Shown: in pieces, positions 34,860-50,499 of the stretch
Position numbering within the stretch: position 1 is the stretch's first letter
Layout of the letters: each line of letters begins with the position of its first letter
Assembly: GCA_043228905.1 (NCBI GenBank)
Contig: JBHGNT010000032.1
Span: forward strand, 261,332 to 325,331
DNA from: Azolla caroliniana
Taxonomy: Eukaryota; Plantae; Polypodiophyta
Length of the DNA stretch: 64,000 bases
Direction: 5' to 3'
Notes under the pieces: model-generated
What the model was told of the DNA's origin: nothing
The model's input: only the letters and a program-made list of their open reading frames with translations
Database searches by the model: none
Program-made: the position numbers and the translations under genes

Positions 34860-37800
34860 TACTCAAGGGCTCCTCTCAACTCCCTCCTCAAGTTTGCTAT
34901 TTTCGTCATGTCTCTCGACCTGAGTTTGAAATTCTTGATTTTTTAATTCCATATCATAGCTAGCGTTGTTAGCTTCGATTTGCATGTTTGAACACAAAAA
35001 TCCGATATCACACGACCCAGGTATGAACATTTTAATTTACTCAAGGGCTGTTCTCAACTCACTCCTCAAATTTGCTATTTTCGTCATGTCTCTCGACCTG
35101 GGTTTCAAAATCTTGATTTTTTAATTCCATATCAAAGCTCGCGTTGTTGGCTTCGATTCGCATGTTTGAACACAAAAATCCGATATCACACGAGCCAGGT
35201 ATGAACATTTTAATCTACTCAAGGGCTCCTCTCAACTCCCTCCTCAAGTTTGCTATTTTCGTCATGTCTCTCGACCTGAGTTTGAAATTCTTGATTTTTT
35301 AATTCCATATCATAGCTAGCGTTTCAAGCTTCGATTTGCATGTTTGAACACAAAAATCCGATATCACACGAGCCAGGTATGAACATTTTAATTTACTCAA
35401 GGGCTGTTCTCAACTCACTCCTCAAATTTGCTATTTTCGTCATGTCTCTCGACCTGAGTTTCAAAATCTTGATTTTTTAATTCCATATCATAGCTCGCGT
35501 TGTTGGCTTCGATTCGCATGTTTGAACACAAAAATCCGATATCACACGAGCCAGGTATGAACATTTTAATTTACTCAAGGGCTCCTCTCAACTCCCTCCT
35601 CAAATTTGCTATTTTCGTCATGTCTCTCGACCTGAGTTTCAAAATCTTGATTTTTTAATTCCATATCATAGCTCGCGTTGTTGGCTTCGATTCGCATGTT
35701 TGAACACAAAAATTCGATATCACACGAGCCAGGTATGAACATTTTAATTTACTCAAGGGCTCCTCTCAACTCCCTCCTCAAGTTTGCTATTTTCGTCATG
35801 TCTCTCGACCTGAGTTTCAAAATCTTGATTTTTTAATTCCATATCATAGCTAGCGTTGTTGGCTTCGATTCGCATGTTTGAACACAAAAATCCGATATCA
35901 CACGAGCCAGGTATGAACATTTTAATTTACTCAAGGGCTCCTCTCAACTCCCTCCTCAAGTTTGGTATTTTGTCATGTCTCTCGACCTGAGTTTCAAAAT
36001 CTTGATTTTTTAATTCCATATCATACCTCACGTAGTTGGCTTCGATTCGCATGTTTGAACACAAAAATCCGATATCACACGAGCCAGGTATGAATATTTT
36101 AATTACTTAAGGGCTCCTCTCAACTCCCTCCTCAAGTTTGCTATTTTCGTCATGTCTCTCGACCTGGGTTTCAAAATCTTGATTTTTTAATTCCATATCA
36201 TAGCTAGCGTTGTTGGCTTCGATTCGCATGTTTGAACACAAAAATCCGATATCACACGAGCCAGGTATGAACATTTTAATTTACTCAAGGGCTGTTCTCA
36301 ACTCCCTCCTCAAGTTTGCTATTTTCGTCATGTCTCTCGACCTGGGTTTCAAAATCTTGATTTTTTAATTCCATATCATAGCTAGCGTTGTTGGCTTCGA
36401 TTCGCATGTTTGAACACAAAAATCCGATATCACACGAGCCAGGTATGAACATTTTAATTTACTCAAGGGCTCCTCTCAACTCCCTCCTCAAGTTTGCTAT
36501 TTTCGTCATGTCTCTCGACCTGAGTTTGAAATTCTTGATTTTTTAATTCCATATCATAGCTAGCGTTGTTAGCTTCGATTTGCATGTTTGAACACAAAAA
36601 TCCGATATCACACGAGCCAGGTATGAACATTTTAATTTACTCAAGGGCTCCTCTCAAGTCCCTCCTCAAGTTTGCTATTTTCGTCATGTATCTCGACCTG
36701 AGTTTGAAATTCTTGATTTTTTAATTCCATATCATAGCTAGCGTTGTTGGCTTCGATTCGCATGTTTGAACACAAAAATCCGATATCACACGAGCCAGGT
36801 ATGAACATTTTAATTTACTCAAGGGCTCCTCTCAAGTCCCTCCTCAAGTTTGCTATTTTCGTCATGTCTCTCGACCTGAGTTTCAAAATCTTGATTTTTT
36901 AATTCCATATCATACCTCACGTAGTTGGCTTCAATTCGCATGTTTGAACACAAAAATCCGATATCACACGAGCCAGGTATGAACATTTTAATTTACTCAA
37001 GGGCTCCTCTCAACTCCCTCCTCAAGTTTGCTATTTTCGTCATGTCTCTCGACCTGAGTTTCAAAATCTTGATTTTTTAATTCCATATCATACCTCACGT
37101 AGTTGGCTTCAATTCGCATGTTTGAACACAAAAATCCGATATCACACGAGCCAGGTATGAACATTTTAATTTACTCAAGGGCTCCTCTCAACTCACTCCT
37201 CAAATTTGCTATTTTCGTCATGTCTCTCGACCTGAGTTTCAAAATCTTGATTTTTTAATTCCATATCATAGCTCGCGTTGTTGGCTTCGATTCGCATGTT
37301 TGAACACAAAAATCCGATATCACACGAGCCAGGTATCAACATTTTAATTTACTCAAGGGCTGTTCTCAACTCCGTCCTCAAGTTTGCTATTTTCGTCATG
37401 TCTCTCGACCTGGGTTTCAAAATCTTGATTTTTTAATTCCATATCATAGCTAGCGTTGTTGGCTTCGATTCGCATGTTTGAACACAAAAATCCGATATCA
37501 CACGAGCCAGGTATGAACATTTTAATTTACTCAAGGGCTCCTCTCAACTCCCTCCTCAAGTTTGCTATTGTCGTCATGTCTCTCGACCTGAGTTTCAAAA
37601 TCTTGATTTTTTAATTCCATATCATAGCTAGCGTTTCAAGCTTCGATTTGCATGTTTGAACACAAAAATCCGATATCACACGAGCCAGGTATGAACATTT
37701 TAATTACTTAAGGGCTCCTCTCAACTCCCTCCTCAAGTTTGCTATTTTCGTCATGTCTCTCGACCTGAGTTTCAAAGTCTTGATTTTTTAATTCCATAGC

Positions 37801-40800
37801 ATAGCTCGCGTTGTTGGCTTCGATTTGCATGTTTGAACACAAAAATCCGATATCAGACGAGCCAGGTATGAACATTTTAATTACTTAAGGGTTGTTCTCA
37901 ACTCACTCCTCAAATTTGCTATTTTCGTCATGTCTCTCGACCTGGGTTTCAAAATCTTGATTTTTTAATTCCATATCATAGCTCGCGTTGTTGGCTTCGA
38001 TTCGCATGTTTGAACACAAAAATCCGATATCACACGAGCCAGGTATGAACATTTTAATTTACTCAAGGGCTCCTCTCAACTCCCTCCTCAAGTTTGCTAT
38101 TTTCGTCATGTCTCTCGACCTGAGTTTCAAAATCTTGATTTTTTAATTCCATATCATAGCTAGCGTTTCAAGCTTCGATTTGCATGTTTGAACACAAAAA
38201 TCGGATATCACACGAGCCAGGTATGAACATTTTAATTTACTCAAGGGCTCCTCTCAACTCCCTCCTCAAGTTTGCTATTTTCGTCATGTCTCTCGACCTG
38301 AGTTTCAAAATCTTGATTTTTTAATTGCATATCATACCTCAGGTAGTTGGCTTCGATTCGCATGTTTGAACACAAAAATCCGATATCACACGAGCCAGGT
38401 ATGAACATTTTAATTTACTCAAGGGCTCCTCTCAACTCCCTCCTCAAGTTTGCTATTTTCGTCATGTCTCTCGACCTGAGTTTGAAATTCTTGATTTTTT
38501 AATTCCATATCATAGCTAGCGTTGTTAGCTTCGATTTGCATGTTTGAACACAAAAATCCGATATCACACGACCCAGGTATGAACATTTTAATTTACTCAA
38601 GGGCTGTTCTCAACTCACTCCTCAAATTTGCTATTTTCGTCATGTCTCTCGACCTGGGTTTCAAAATCTTGATTTTTTAATTCCATATCAAAGCTCGCGT
38701 TGTTGGCTTCGATTCGCATGTTTGAACACAAAAATCCGATATCACACGAGCCAGGTATGAACATTTTAATCTACTCAAGGGCTCCTCTCAACTCCCTCCT
38801 CAAGTTTGCTATTTTCGTCATGTCTCTCGACCTGAGTTTGAAATTCTTGATTTTTTAATTCCATATCATAGCTAGCGTTTCAAGCTTCGATTTGCATGTT
38901 TGAACACAAAAATCCGATATCACACGAGCCAGGTATGAACATTTTAATTTACTCAAGGGCTGTTCTCAACTCACTCCTCAAATTTGCTATTTTCGTCATG
39001 TCTCTCGACCTGAGTTTCAAAATCTTGATTTTTTAATTCCATATCATAGCTCGCGTTGTTGGCTTCGATTCGCATGTTTGAACACAAAAATCCGATATCA
39101 CACGAGCCAGGTATGAACATTTTAATTTACTCAAGGGCTCCTCTCAACTCCCTCCTCAAATTTGCTATTTTCGTCATGTCTCTCGACCTGAGTTTCAAAA
39201 TCTTGATTTTTTAATTCCATATCATAGCTCGCGTTGTTGGCTTCGATTCGCATGTTTGAACACAAAAATTCGATATCACACGAGCCAGGTATGAACATTT
39301 TAATTTACTCAAGGGCTCCTCTCAACTCCCTCCTCAAGTTTGCTATTTTCGTCATGTCTCTCGACCTGAGTTTCAAAATCTTGATTTTTTAATTCCATAT
39401 CATAGCTAGCGTTGTTGGCTTCGATTCGCATGTTTGAACACAAAAATCCGATATCACACGAGCCAGGTATGAACATTTTAATTTACTCAAGGGCTCCTCT
39501 CAACTCCCTCCTCAAGTTTGGTATTTTGTCATGTCTCTCGACCTGAGTTTCAAAATCTTGATTTTTTAATTCCATATCATACCTCACGTAGTTGGCTTCG
39601 ATTCGCATGTTTGAACACAAAAATCCGATATCACACGAGCCAGGTATGAATATTTTAATTACTTAAGGGCTCCTCTCAACTCCCTCCTCAAGTTTGCTAT
39701 TTTCGTCATGTCTCTCGACCTGGGTTTCAAAATCTTGATTTTTTAATTCCATATCATAGCTAGCGTTGTTGGCTTCGATTCGCATGTTTGAACACAAAAA
39801 TCCGATATCACACGAGCCAGGTATGAACATTTTAATTTACTCAAGGGCTGTTCTCAACTCCCTCCTCAAGTTTGCTATTTTCGTCATGTCTCTCGACCTG
39901 GGTTTCAAAATCTTGATTTTTTAATTCCATATCATAGCTAGCGTTGTTGGCTTCGATTCGCATGCTTGAACACAAAAATCCGATATCACACGAGCCAGGT
40001 ATGAACATTTTAATTTACTCAAGGGCTCCTCTCAACTCCCTCCTCAAGTTTGCTATTTTCGTCATGTCTCTCGACCTGAGTTTGAAATTCTTGATTTTTT
40101 AATTCCATATCATAGCTAGCGTTGTTAGCTTCGATTTGCATGTTTGAACACAAAAATCCGATATCACACGAGCCAGGTATGAACATTTTAATTTACTCAA
40201 GGGCTCCTCTCAAGTCCCTCCTCAAGTTTGCTATTTTCGTCATGTATCTCGACCTGAGTTTGAAATTCTTGATTTTTTAATTCCATATCATAGCTAGCGT
40301 TGTTGGCTTCGATTCGCATGTTTGAACACAAAAATCCGATATCACACGAGCCAGGTATGAACATTTTAATTTACTCAAGGGCTCCTCTCAAGTCCCTCCT
40401 CAAGTTTGCTATTTTCGTCATGTCTCTCGACCTGAGTTTCAAAATCTTGATTTTTTAATTCCATATCATACCTCACGTAGTTGGCTTCAATTCGCATGTT
40501 TGAACACAAAAATCCGATATCACACGAGCCAGGTATGAACATTTTAATTTACTCAAGGGCTCCTCTCAACTCCCTCCTCAAGTTTGCTATTTTCGTCATG
40601 TCTCTCGACCTGAGTTTCAAAATCTTGATTTTTTAATTCCATATCATACCTCACGTAGTTGGCTTCAATTCGCATGTTTGAACACAAAAATCCGATATCA
40701 CACGAGCCAGGTATGAACATTTTAATTTACTCAAGGGCTCCTCTCAACTCACTCCTCAAATTTGCTATTTTCGTCATGTCTCTCGACCTGAGTTTCAAAA

Positions 40801-41640
40801 TCTTGATTTTTTAATTCCATATCATAGCTCGCGTTGTTGGCTTCGATTCGCATGTTTGAACACAAAAATCCGATATCACACGAGCCAGGTATCAACATTT
40901 TAATTTACTCAAGGGCTCCTCTCAACTCCCTCCTCAAGTTTGCTATTTTCGTCATGTCTCTCGACCTGGGTTTCAAAATCTTGATTTTTTAATTCCATAT
41001 CATAGCTAGCGTTGTTGGCTTCGATTCGCATGTTTGAACACAAAAATCCGATATCACACGAGCCAGGTATGAACATTTTAATTTACTCAAGGGCTCCTCT
41101 CAACTCCCTCCTCAAGTTTGCTATTGTCGTCATGTCTCTCGACCTGAGTTTCAAAATCTTGATTTTTTAATTCCATATCATAGCTAGCGTTTCAAGCTTC
41201 GATTTGCATGTTTGAACACAAAAATCCGATATCACACGAGCCAGGTATGAACATTTTAATTACTTAAGGGCTCCTCTCAACTCCCTCCTCAAGTTTGCTA
41301 TTTTCGTCATGTCTCTCGACCTGAGTTTCAAAGTCTTGATTTTTTAATTCCATAGCATAGCTCGCGTTGTTGGCTTCGATTTGCATGTTTGAACACAAAA
41401 ATCCGATATCACACGAGCCAGGTATGAACATTTTAATTACTTAAGGGCTGTTCTCAACTCACTCCTCAAATTTGCTATTTTCGTCATGTCTCTCGACCTG
41501 GGTTTCAAAATCTTGATTTTTTAATTCCATATCATAGCTCGCGTTGTTGGCTTCGATTCGCATGTTTGAACACAAAAATCCGATATCACACGAGCCAGGT
41601 ATGAACATTTTAATTTACTCAAGGGCTCCTCTCAACTCCC
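34860..41640. repeat. 20-monomer higher-order repeat, 3556-bp period, about two copies
   Basis: Rare variants recur at +3556: aattcgat 35711/39267, aggtatcaac 37331/40887 and aaagtct 37774/41330. Boundaries are approximate. Confidence 0.85.
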
Positions 41641-44600
41641 TCCTCAAGTTTGCTATTTTCGTCATGTCTCTCGACCTGAGTTTCAAAATCTTGATTTTTT
41701 AATTCCATATCATAGCTAGCGTTGTTGGCTTCGATTCGCATGTTTGAACACAAAAATCCGATATCACACGAGCCAGGTATGAACATTTTAATTTACTCAA
41801 GGGCTCTTCTCAACTCCCTCCTCAAGTTTGCTATTTTCGTCATGTCTCTCGACCTGAGTTTCAAAATCTTGATTTTTTAATTCCATATCATAGCTAGCGT
41901 TGTTGGCTTCGATTCGCATGTTTGAACACAAAAATCCGATATCACACGAGCCAGGTATGAACATTTTAATTTACTCAAGGGCTCTTCTCAACTCCCTCCT
42001 CAAGTTTGGTATTTTCGTCATGTCTCTCGACCTGAGTTTCAAAATCTTGATTTTTTAATTCCATATCATAGCTAGCGTTGTTGGCTTCGATTCGCATGTT
42101 TGAACACAAAAATCCGATATCACACGAGCCAGGTATGAACATTTTAATTTACTCAAGGGCTCCTCTCAACTCCCTCCTCAAGTTTGGTATTTTGTCATGT
42201 CTCTCGACCTGAGTTTCAAAATCTTGATTTTTTAATTCCATATCATAGCTAGCGTTGTTGGCTTCGATTCGCATGTTTGAACACAAAAATCCGATATCAC
42301 ACGAGCCAGGTATGAACATTTTAATTTACTCAAGGGCTCCTCTCAACTCCCTCCTCAAGTTTGGTATTTTGTCATGTCTCTCGACCTGAGTTTCAAAATC
42401 TTGATTTTTTAATTCCATATCATACCTCCCGTAGTTGGCTTCGATTCGCATGTTTGAACACAAAAATCCGATATCACACGAGCCAGGTATGAATATTTTA
42501 ATTACTTAAGGGCTCCTCTCAACTCCCTCCTCAAGTTTGCTATTTTCGTCATGTCTCTCGACCTGAGTTTCAAAATCTTGATTTTTTAATTCCATATCAT
42601 AGCTAACGTTGTTAGCTTTGATTCGCATGTTTGAACACAAAAATCCGATATCACACGAGCCAGGTATGAACATTTTAATTTACTCAAGGGCTCCTCTCAA
42701 CTCCCTCCTCAAGTTTGCTATTTTCGTCATGTCTCTCGACCTGAGTTTCAAAATCTTGATTTTTTAATTCCATATCATAGCTAGCGTTGTTGGCTTTGAT
42801 TCGCATGTTTGAACACAAAAATCCGATATCACACGAGCCAGGTATGAACATTTTAATTTACTCAAGGGCTCCTCTCAACTCCCTCCTCAAGTTTGCTATT
42901 TTCGTCATGTCTCTCGACCTGAGTTTCAAAATCTTGATTTTTTAATTCCATATCATAGCTAGCGTTGTTGGCTTCGATTCGCATGTTTGAACACAAAAAT
43001 CCGATATCACACGAGCCAGGTATGAACATTTTAATTTACTCAAGGGCTCCTCTCAACTCCCTCCTCAAGTTTGCTATTTTCGTCATGTCTCTCGACCTGA
43101 GTTTCAAAATCTTGATTTTTTAATTCCATATCATAGCTAGCGTTGTTGGCTTCGATTCGCATGTTTGAACACAAAAATCCGATATCACACGAGCCAGGTA
43201 TGAACATTTTAATTTACTCAAGGGCTCCTCTCAACTCCCTCCTCAAGTTTGGTATTTTGTCATGTCTCTCGACCTGAGTTTCAAAATCTTGATTTTTTAA
43301 TTCCATATCATACCTCACGTAGTTGGCTTCGATTCGCATGTTTGAACACAAAAATCCGATATCACACGAGCCAGGTATGAATATTTTAATTACTTAAGGG
43401 CTCCTCTCAACTCCCTCCTCAAGTTTGCTATTTTCGTCATGTCTCTCGACCTGGGTTTCAAAATCTTGATTTTTTAATTCCATATCATAGCTAGCGTTGT
43501 TGGCTTCGATTCGCATGTTTGAACACAAAAATCCGATATCACACGAGCCAGGTATGAACATTTTAATTTACTCAAGGGCTGTTCTCAACTCCCTCCTCAA
43601 GTTTGCTATTTTCGTCATGTCTCTCGACCTGAGTTTCAAAATCTTGATTTTTTAATTCCATATCATAGCTAGCGTTGTTGGCTTCGATTCGCATGTTTGA
43701 ACACAAAAATCCGATATCACACGAGCCAGGTATGAACATTTTAATTTACTCAAGGGCTCTTCTCAACTCCCTCCTCAAGTTTGCTATTTTCGTCATGTCT
43801 CTCGACCTGGGTTTCAAAATCTTGATTTTTTAATTCCATATCATAGCTAGCGTTGTTGGCTTCGATTCGCATGTTTGAACACAAAAATCCGATATCACAC
43901 GAGCCAGGTATGAACATTTTAATTTACTCAAGGGCTCCTCTCAACTCACTCCTCAAATTTGCTATTTTCGTCATGTCTCTCGACCTGAGTTTGAAATTCT
44001 TGATTTTTTAATTCCATATCATAGCTAGCGTTGTTAGCTTCGATTGGCATGTTTGAACATAAAAATCCGATATCACACGAGCCAGGTATGAACATTTTAA
44101 TTTACTCAAGGGCTGTTTTCAACTCACTCCTCAAATTTGCTATTTTCGTCATGTCTCTCGACCTGGGTTTCAAAATCTTGATTTTTTAATTCCATATCAA
44201 AGCTCGCGTTGTTGGCTTCGATTCGCATGTTTGAACACAAAAATCCGATATCACACGAGCCAGGTATGAACATTTTAATTTACTCAAGGGCTGTTTTCAA
44301 CTCCCTCCTCAAGTTTGCTATTTTCGTCATGTCTCTCGACCTGGGTTTCAAAATCTTGATTTTTTAATTCCATATGATAGCTAGCGTTGTTGGCTTCGAT
44401 TCGCATGTTTGAACACAAAAATCCGATATCACACGAGCCAGGTATGAACATTTTAATTTACTCAAGGGCTCCTCTCAACTCCCTCCTCAAGTTTGCTATT
44501 TTCGTCATGTCTCTCGACCTGAGTTTCAAAATCTTGATTTTTTAATTCCATATCATAGCTAGCGTTGTTGGCTTTGATTCGCATGTTTGAACACAAAAAT

Positions 44601-47600
44601 CCGATATCACACGAGCCAGGTATGAACATTTTAATTTACTCAAGGGCTGTTCTCAACTCACTCCTCAAATTTGGTAATTTCGTCATGTCTCTCGACCTGG
44701 GTTTCAAAATCTTGATTTTTTAATTCCATATCATAGCTAGCGTTGTTGGCTTCGATTCGCATGTTTGAACACAAAAATCCGATATCACACGAGCCAGGTA
44801 TGAACATTTTAATTTACTCAAGGGCTGTTCTCAACTCCCTCCTCAAGTTTGCTATTTTCGTCATGTCTCTCGACCTGGGTTTCAAAATCTTGATTTTTTA
44901 ATTCCATATCATAGCTAGCGTTGTTGGCTTCGATTCGCATGTTTGAACACAAAAATCCGATATCACACGAGCCAGGTATGAACATTTTAATTTACTCAAG
45001 GGCTCCTCTCAACTCTCTCCTCAAGTTTGCTATTTTCGTCATGTCTCTCGACCTGAGTTTGAAATTCTTGATTTTTTAATTCCATATCATAGCTAGCGTT
45101 GTTGGCTTCGATTCGCATGTTTGAACACAAAAATCCGATATCACACGAGCCAGGTATGAACATTTTAATTTACTCAAGGGCTCTTCTCAACTCCCTCCTC
45201 AAGTTTGCTATTTTCGTCATGTCTCTCGACCTGAGTTTCAAAATCTTGATTTTTTAATTCCATATCATAGCTAGCGTTGTTGGCTTCGATTCACATGTTT
45301 GAACACAAAAATCCGATATCACACGAGCCAGGTATGAACATTTTAATTTACTCAAGGGCTCCTCTCAACTCCCTCCTCAAGTTTGGTATTTTGTCATGTC
45401 TCTCGACCTGAGTTTCAAAATCTTGATTTTTTAATTCCATATCATACCTCCCGTAGTTGGCTTCGATTCGCATGTTTGAACACAAAAATCCGATATCACA
45501 CGAGCCAGGTATGAATATTTTAATTACTTAAGGGCTCCTCTCAACTCCCTCCTCAAGTTTGCTATTTTCGTCATGTCTCTCGACCTGAGTTTCAAAATCT
45601 TGATTTTTTAATTCCATATCATAGCTAACGTTGTTAGCTTTGATTCGCATGTTTGAACACAAAAATCCGATATCACACGAGCCAGGTATGAACATTTTAA
45701 TTTACTCAAGGGCTCCTCTCAACTCCCTCCTCAAGTTTGCTATTTTCGTCATGTCTCTCGACCTGAGTTTCAAAATCTTGATTTTTTAATTCCATATCAT
45801 AGCTAGCGTTGTTGGCTTCGATTCGCATGTTTGAACACAAAAATCCGATATCACACGAGCCAGGTATGAACATTTTAATTTACTCAAGGGCTCCTCTCAA
45901 CTCCCTCCTCAAGTTTGGTATTTTGTCATGTCTCTCGACCTGAGTTTCAAAATCTTGATTTTTTAATTCCATATCATAGCTAGCGTTGTTGGCTTCGATT
46001 CGCATGTTTGAACACAAAAATCCGATATCACACGAGCCAGGTATGAACATTTTAATTTACTCAAGGGCTCCTCTCAACTCCCTCCTCAAGTTTGCTATTT
46101 TCGTCATGTCTCTCGACCTGAGTTTCAAAATCTTGATTTTTTAATTCCATATCATAGCTAACGTTGTTAGCTTTGATTCGCATGTTTGAACACAAAAATC
46201 CGATATCACACGAGCCAGGTATGAACATTTTAATTTACTCAAGGGCTCCTCTCAACTCCCTCCTCAAGTTTGCTATTTTCGTCATGTCTCTCGGCCTGAG
46301 TTTCAAAATCTTGATTTTTTAATTCCATATCATAGCTAGCGTTGTTGGCTTCGATTCGCATGTTTGAACACAAAAATCCGATATCACACGAGCCAGGTAT
46401 GAACATTTTAATTTACTCAAGGGCTCCTCTCAACTCCCTCCTCAAGTTTGCTATTTTCGTCATGTCTCTCGACCTGAGTTTCAAAATCTTGATTTTTTAA
46501 TTCCATATCATAGCTAGCGTTGTTGGCTTCGATTCGCATGTTTGAACACAAAAATCCGATATCACACGAGCCAGGTATGAACATTTTAATTTACTCAAGG
46601 GCTCCTCTCAACCTACTCCTCAAATTTGCTATTTTCGTCATGTCTCTCGACCTGAGTTTGAAATTCTTGATTTTTTAATTCCATATCATAGCTAGCGTTG
46701 TTAGCTTCGATTGGCATGTTTGAACATAAAAATCCGATATCACACGAGCCAGGTATGAACATTTTAATTTACTCAAGGGCTGTTTTCAACTCACTCCTCA
46801 AATTTGCTATTTTCGTCATGTCTCTCGACCTGGGTTTCAAAATCTTGATTTTTTAATTCCATATCAAAGCTCGCGTTGTTGGCTTCGATTCGCATGTTTG
46901 AACACAAAAATCCGATATCACACCAGCCAGGTATGAACATTTTAATTTACTCAAGGGCTGTTTTCAACTCCCTCCTCAAGTTTGCTATTTTCGTCATGTC
47001 TCTCGACCTGGGTTTCAAAATCTTGATTTTTTAATTCCATATCAAAGCTCGCGTTGTTGGCTTCGATTCGCATGTTTGAACACAAAAATCCGATATCACA
47101 CCAGCCAGGTATGAACATTTTAATTTACTCAAGGGCTGTTTTCAACTCCCTCCTCAAGTTTGCTATTTTCGTCATGTCTCTCGACCTGGGTTTCAAAATC
47201 TTGATTTTTTAATTCCATATGATAGCTAGCGTTGTTGGCTTCGATTCGCATGTTTGAACACAAAAATCCGATATCACACGAGCCAGGTATGAACATTTTA
47301 ATTTACTCAAGGGCTCCTCTCAACTCCCTCCTCAAGTTTGCTATTTTCGTCATGTCTGTCGACCTGAGTTTCAAAATCTTGATTTTTTAATTCCATATCA
47401 TAGCTAGCGTTGTTGGCTTTGATTCGCATGTTTGAACACAAAAATCCGATATCACACGAGCCAGGTATGAACATTTTAATTTACTCAAGGGCTGTTCTCA
47501 ACTCACTCCTCAAATTTGGTAATTTCGTCATGTCTCTCGACCTGGGTTTCAAAATCTTGATTTTTTAATTCCATATCATAGCTAGCGTTGTTGGCTTCGA

Positions 47601-50499
47601 TTCGCATGTTTGAACACAAAAATCCGATATCACACGAGCCAGGTATGAACATTTTAATTTACTCAAGGGCTGTTCTCAACTCCCTCCTCAAGTTTGCTAT
47701 TTTCGTCATGTCTCTCGACCTGGGTTTCAAAATCTTGATTTTTTAATTCCATATCATAGCTAGCGTTGTTGGCTTCGATTCGCATGTTTGAACACAAAAA
47801 TCCGATATCACACGAGCCAGGTATGAACATTTTAATTTACTCAAGGGCTCCTCTCAACTCTCTCCTCAAGTTTGCTATTTTCGTCATGTCTCTCGACCTG
47901 AGTTTGAAATTCTTGATTTTTTAATTCCATATCATAGCTAGCGTTGTTGGCTTCGATTCGCATGTTTGAACACAAAAATCCGATATCACACGAGCCAGGT
48001 ATGAACATTTTAATTTACTCAAGGGCTCTTCTCAACTCCCTCCTCAAGTTTGCTATTTTCGTCATGTCTCTCGACCTGAGTTTCAAAATCTTGATTTTTT
48101 AATTCCATATCATAGCTAGCGTTGTTGGCTTCGATTCACATGTTTGAACACAAAAATCCGATATCACACGAGCCAGGTATGAACATTTTAATTTACTCAA
48201 GGGCTCCTCTCAACTCCCTCCTCAAGTTTGGTATTTTGTCATGTCTCTCGACCTGAGTTTCAAAATCTTGATTTTTTAATTCCATATCATACCTCCCGTA
48301 GTTGGCTTCGATTCGCATGTTTGAACACAAAAATCCGATATCACACGAGCCAGGTATGAATATTTTAATTACTTAAGGGCTCCTCTCAACTCCCTCCTCA
48401 AGTTTGCTATTTTCGTCATGTCTCTCGACCTGAGTTTCAAAATCTTGATTTTTTAATTCCATATCATAGCTAACGTTGTTAGCTTTGATTCGCATGTTTG
48501 AACACAAAAATCCGATATCACACGAGCCAGGTATGAACATTTTAATTTACTCAAGGGCTCCTCTCAACTCCCTCCTCAAGTTTGCTATTTTCGTCATGTC
48601 TCTCGACCTGAGTTTCAAAATCTTGATTTTTTAATTCCATATCATAGCTAGCGTTGTTGGCTTCGATTCGCATGTTTGAACACAAAAATCCGATATCACA
48701 CGAGCCAGGTATGAACATTTTAATTTACTCAAGGGCTCCTCTCAACTCCCTCCTCAAGTTTGCTATTTTCGTCATGTCTCTCGACCTGAGTTTCAAAATC
48801 TTGATTTTTTAATTCCATATCATAGCTAGCGTTGTTGGCTTCGATTCGCATGTTTGAACACAAAAATCCGATATCACACGAGCCAGGTATGAACATTTTA
48901 ATTTACTCAAGGGCTCCTCTCAACTCCCTCCTCAAGTTTGCTATTTTCGTCATGTCTCTCGACCTGAGTTTCAAAATCTTGATTTTTTAATTCCATATCA
49001 TAGCTAGCGTTGTTGGCTTCGATTCACATGTTTGAACACAAAAATCCGATATCACACGACCCAGGTATGAACATTTTAATTTACTCAAGGGCTCCTCTCA
49101 ACTCCCTCCTCAAGTTTGGTATTTTGTCATGTCTCTCGACCTGAGTTTCAAAATCTTGATTTTTTAATTCCATATCATACCTCCCGTAGTTGGCTTCGAT
49201 TCGCATGTTTGAACACAAAAATCCGATATCACACGAGCCAGGTATGAATATTTTAATTACTTAAGGGCTCCTCTCAACTCCCTCCTCAAGTTTGCTATTT
49301 TCGTCATGTCTCTCGACCTGAGTTTCAAAATCTTGATTTTTTAATTCCATATCATAGCTAACGTTGTTAGCTTTGATTCGCATGTTTGAACACAAAAATC
49401 CGATATCACACGAGCCAGGTATGAACATTTTAATTTACTCAAGGGCTCCTCTCAACTCCCTCCTCAAGTTTGCTATTTTCGTCATGTCTCTCGACCTGAG
49501 TTTCAAAATCTTGATTTTTTAATTCCATATCATAGCTAGCGTTGTTGGCTTCGATTCGCATGTTTGAACACAAAAATCCGATATCACACGAGCCAGGTAT
49601 GAACATTTTAATTTACTCAAGGGCTCCTCTCAACTCCCTCCTCAAGTTTGGTATTTTGTCATGTCTCTCGACCTGAGTTTCAAAATCTTGATTTTTTAAT
49701 TCCATATCATAGCTAGCGTTGTTGGCTTCGATTCGCATGTTTGAACACAAAAATCCGATATCACACGAGCCAGGTATGAACATTTTAATTTACTCAAGGG
49801 CTCCTCTCAACTCCCTCCTCAAGTTTGCTATTTTCGTCATGTCTCTCGACCTGAGTTTCAAAATCTTGATTTTTTAATTCCATATCATAGCTAACGTTGT
49901 TAGCTTTGATTCGCATGTTTGAACACAAAAATCCGATATCACACGAGCCAGGTATGAACATTTTAATTTACTCAAGGGCTCCTCTCAACTCACTCCTCAA
50001 ATTTGCTATTTTCGTCATGTCTCTCGACCTGAGTTTGAAATTCTTGATTTTTTAATTCCATATCATAGCTAGCGTTGTTAGCTTCGTTTGGCATGTTTGA
50101 ACATAAAAATCGGATATCACACGAGCCAGGTATGAACATTTTAATTTACTCAAGGGCTGTTTTCAACTCACTCCTCAAATTTGCTATTTTCGTCATGTCT
50201 CTCGACCTGGGTTTCAAAATCTTGATTTTTTAATTCCATATCAAAGCTCGCGTTGTTGGCTTCGATTCGCATGTTTGAACACAAAAATCCGATATCACAC
50301 CAGCCAGGTATGAACATTTTAATTTACTCAAGGGCTGTTTTCAACTCCCTCCTCAAGTTTGCTATTTTCGTCATGTCTCTCGACCTGGGTTTCAAAATCT
50401 TGATTTTTTAATTCCATATGATAGCTAGCGTTGTTGGCTTCGATTCGCATGTTTGAACACAAAAATCCGATATCACACGAGCCAGGTATGAACATTTTA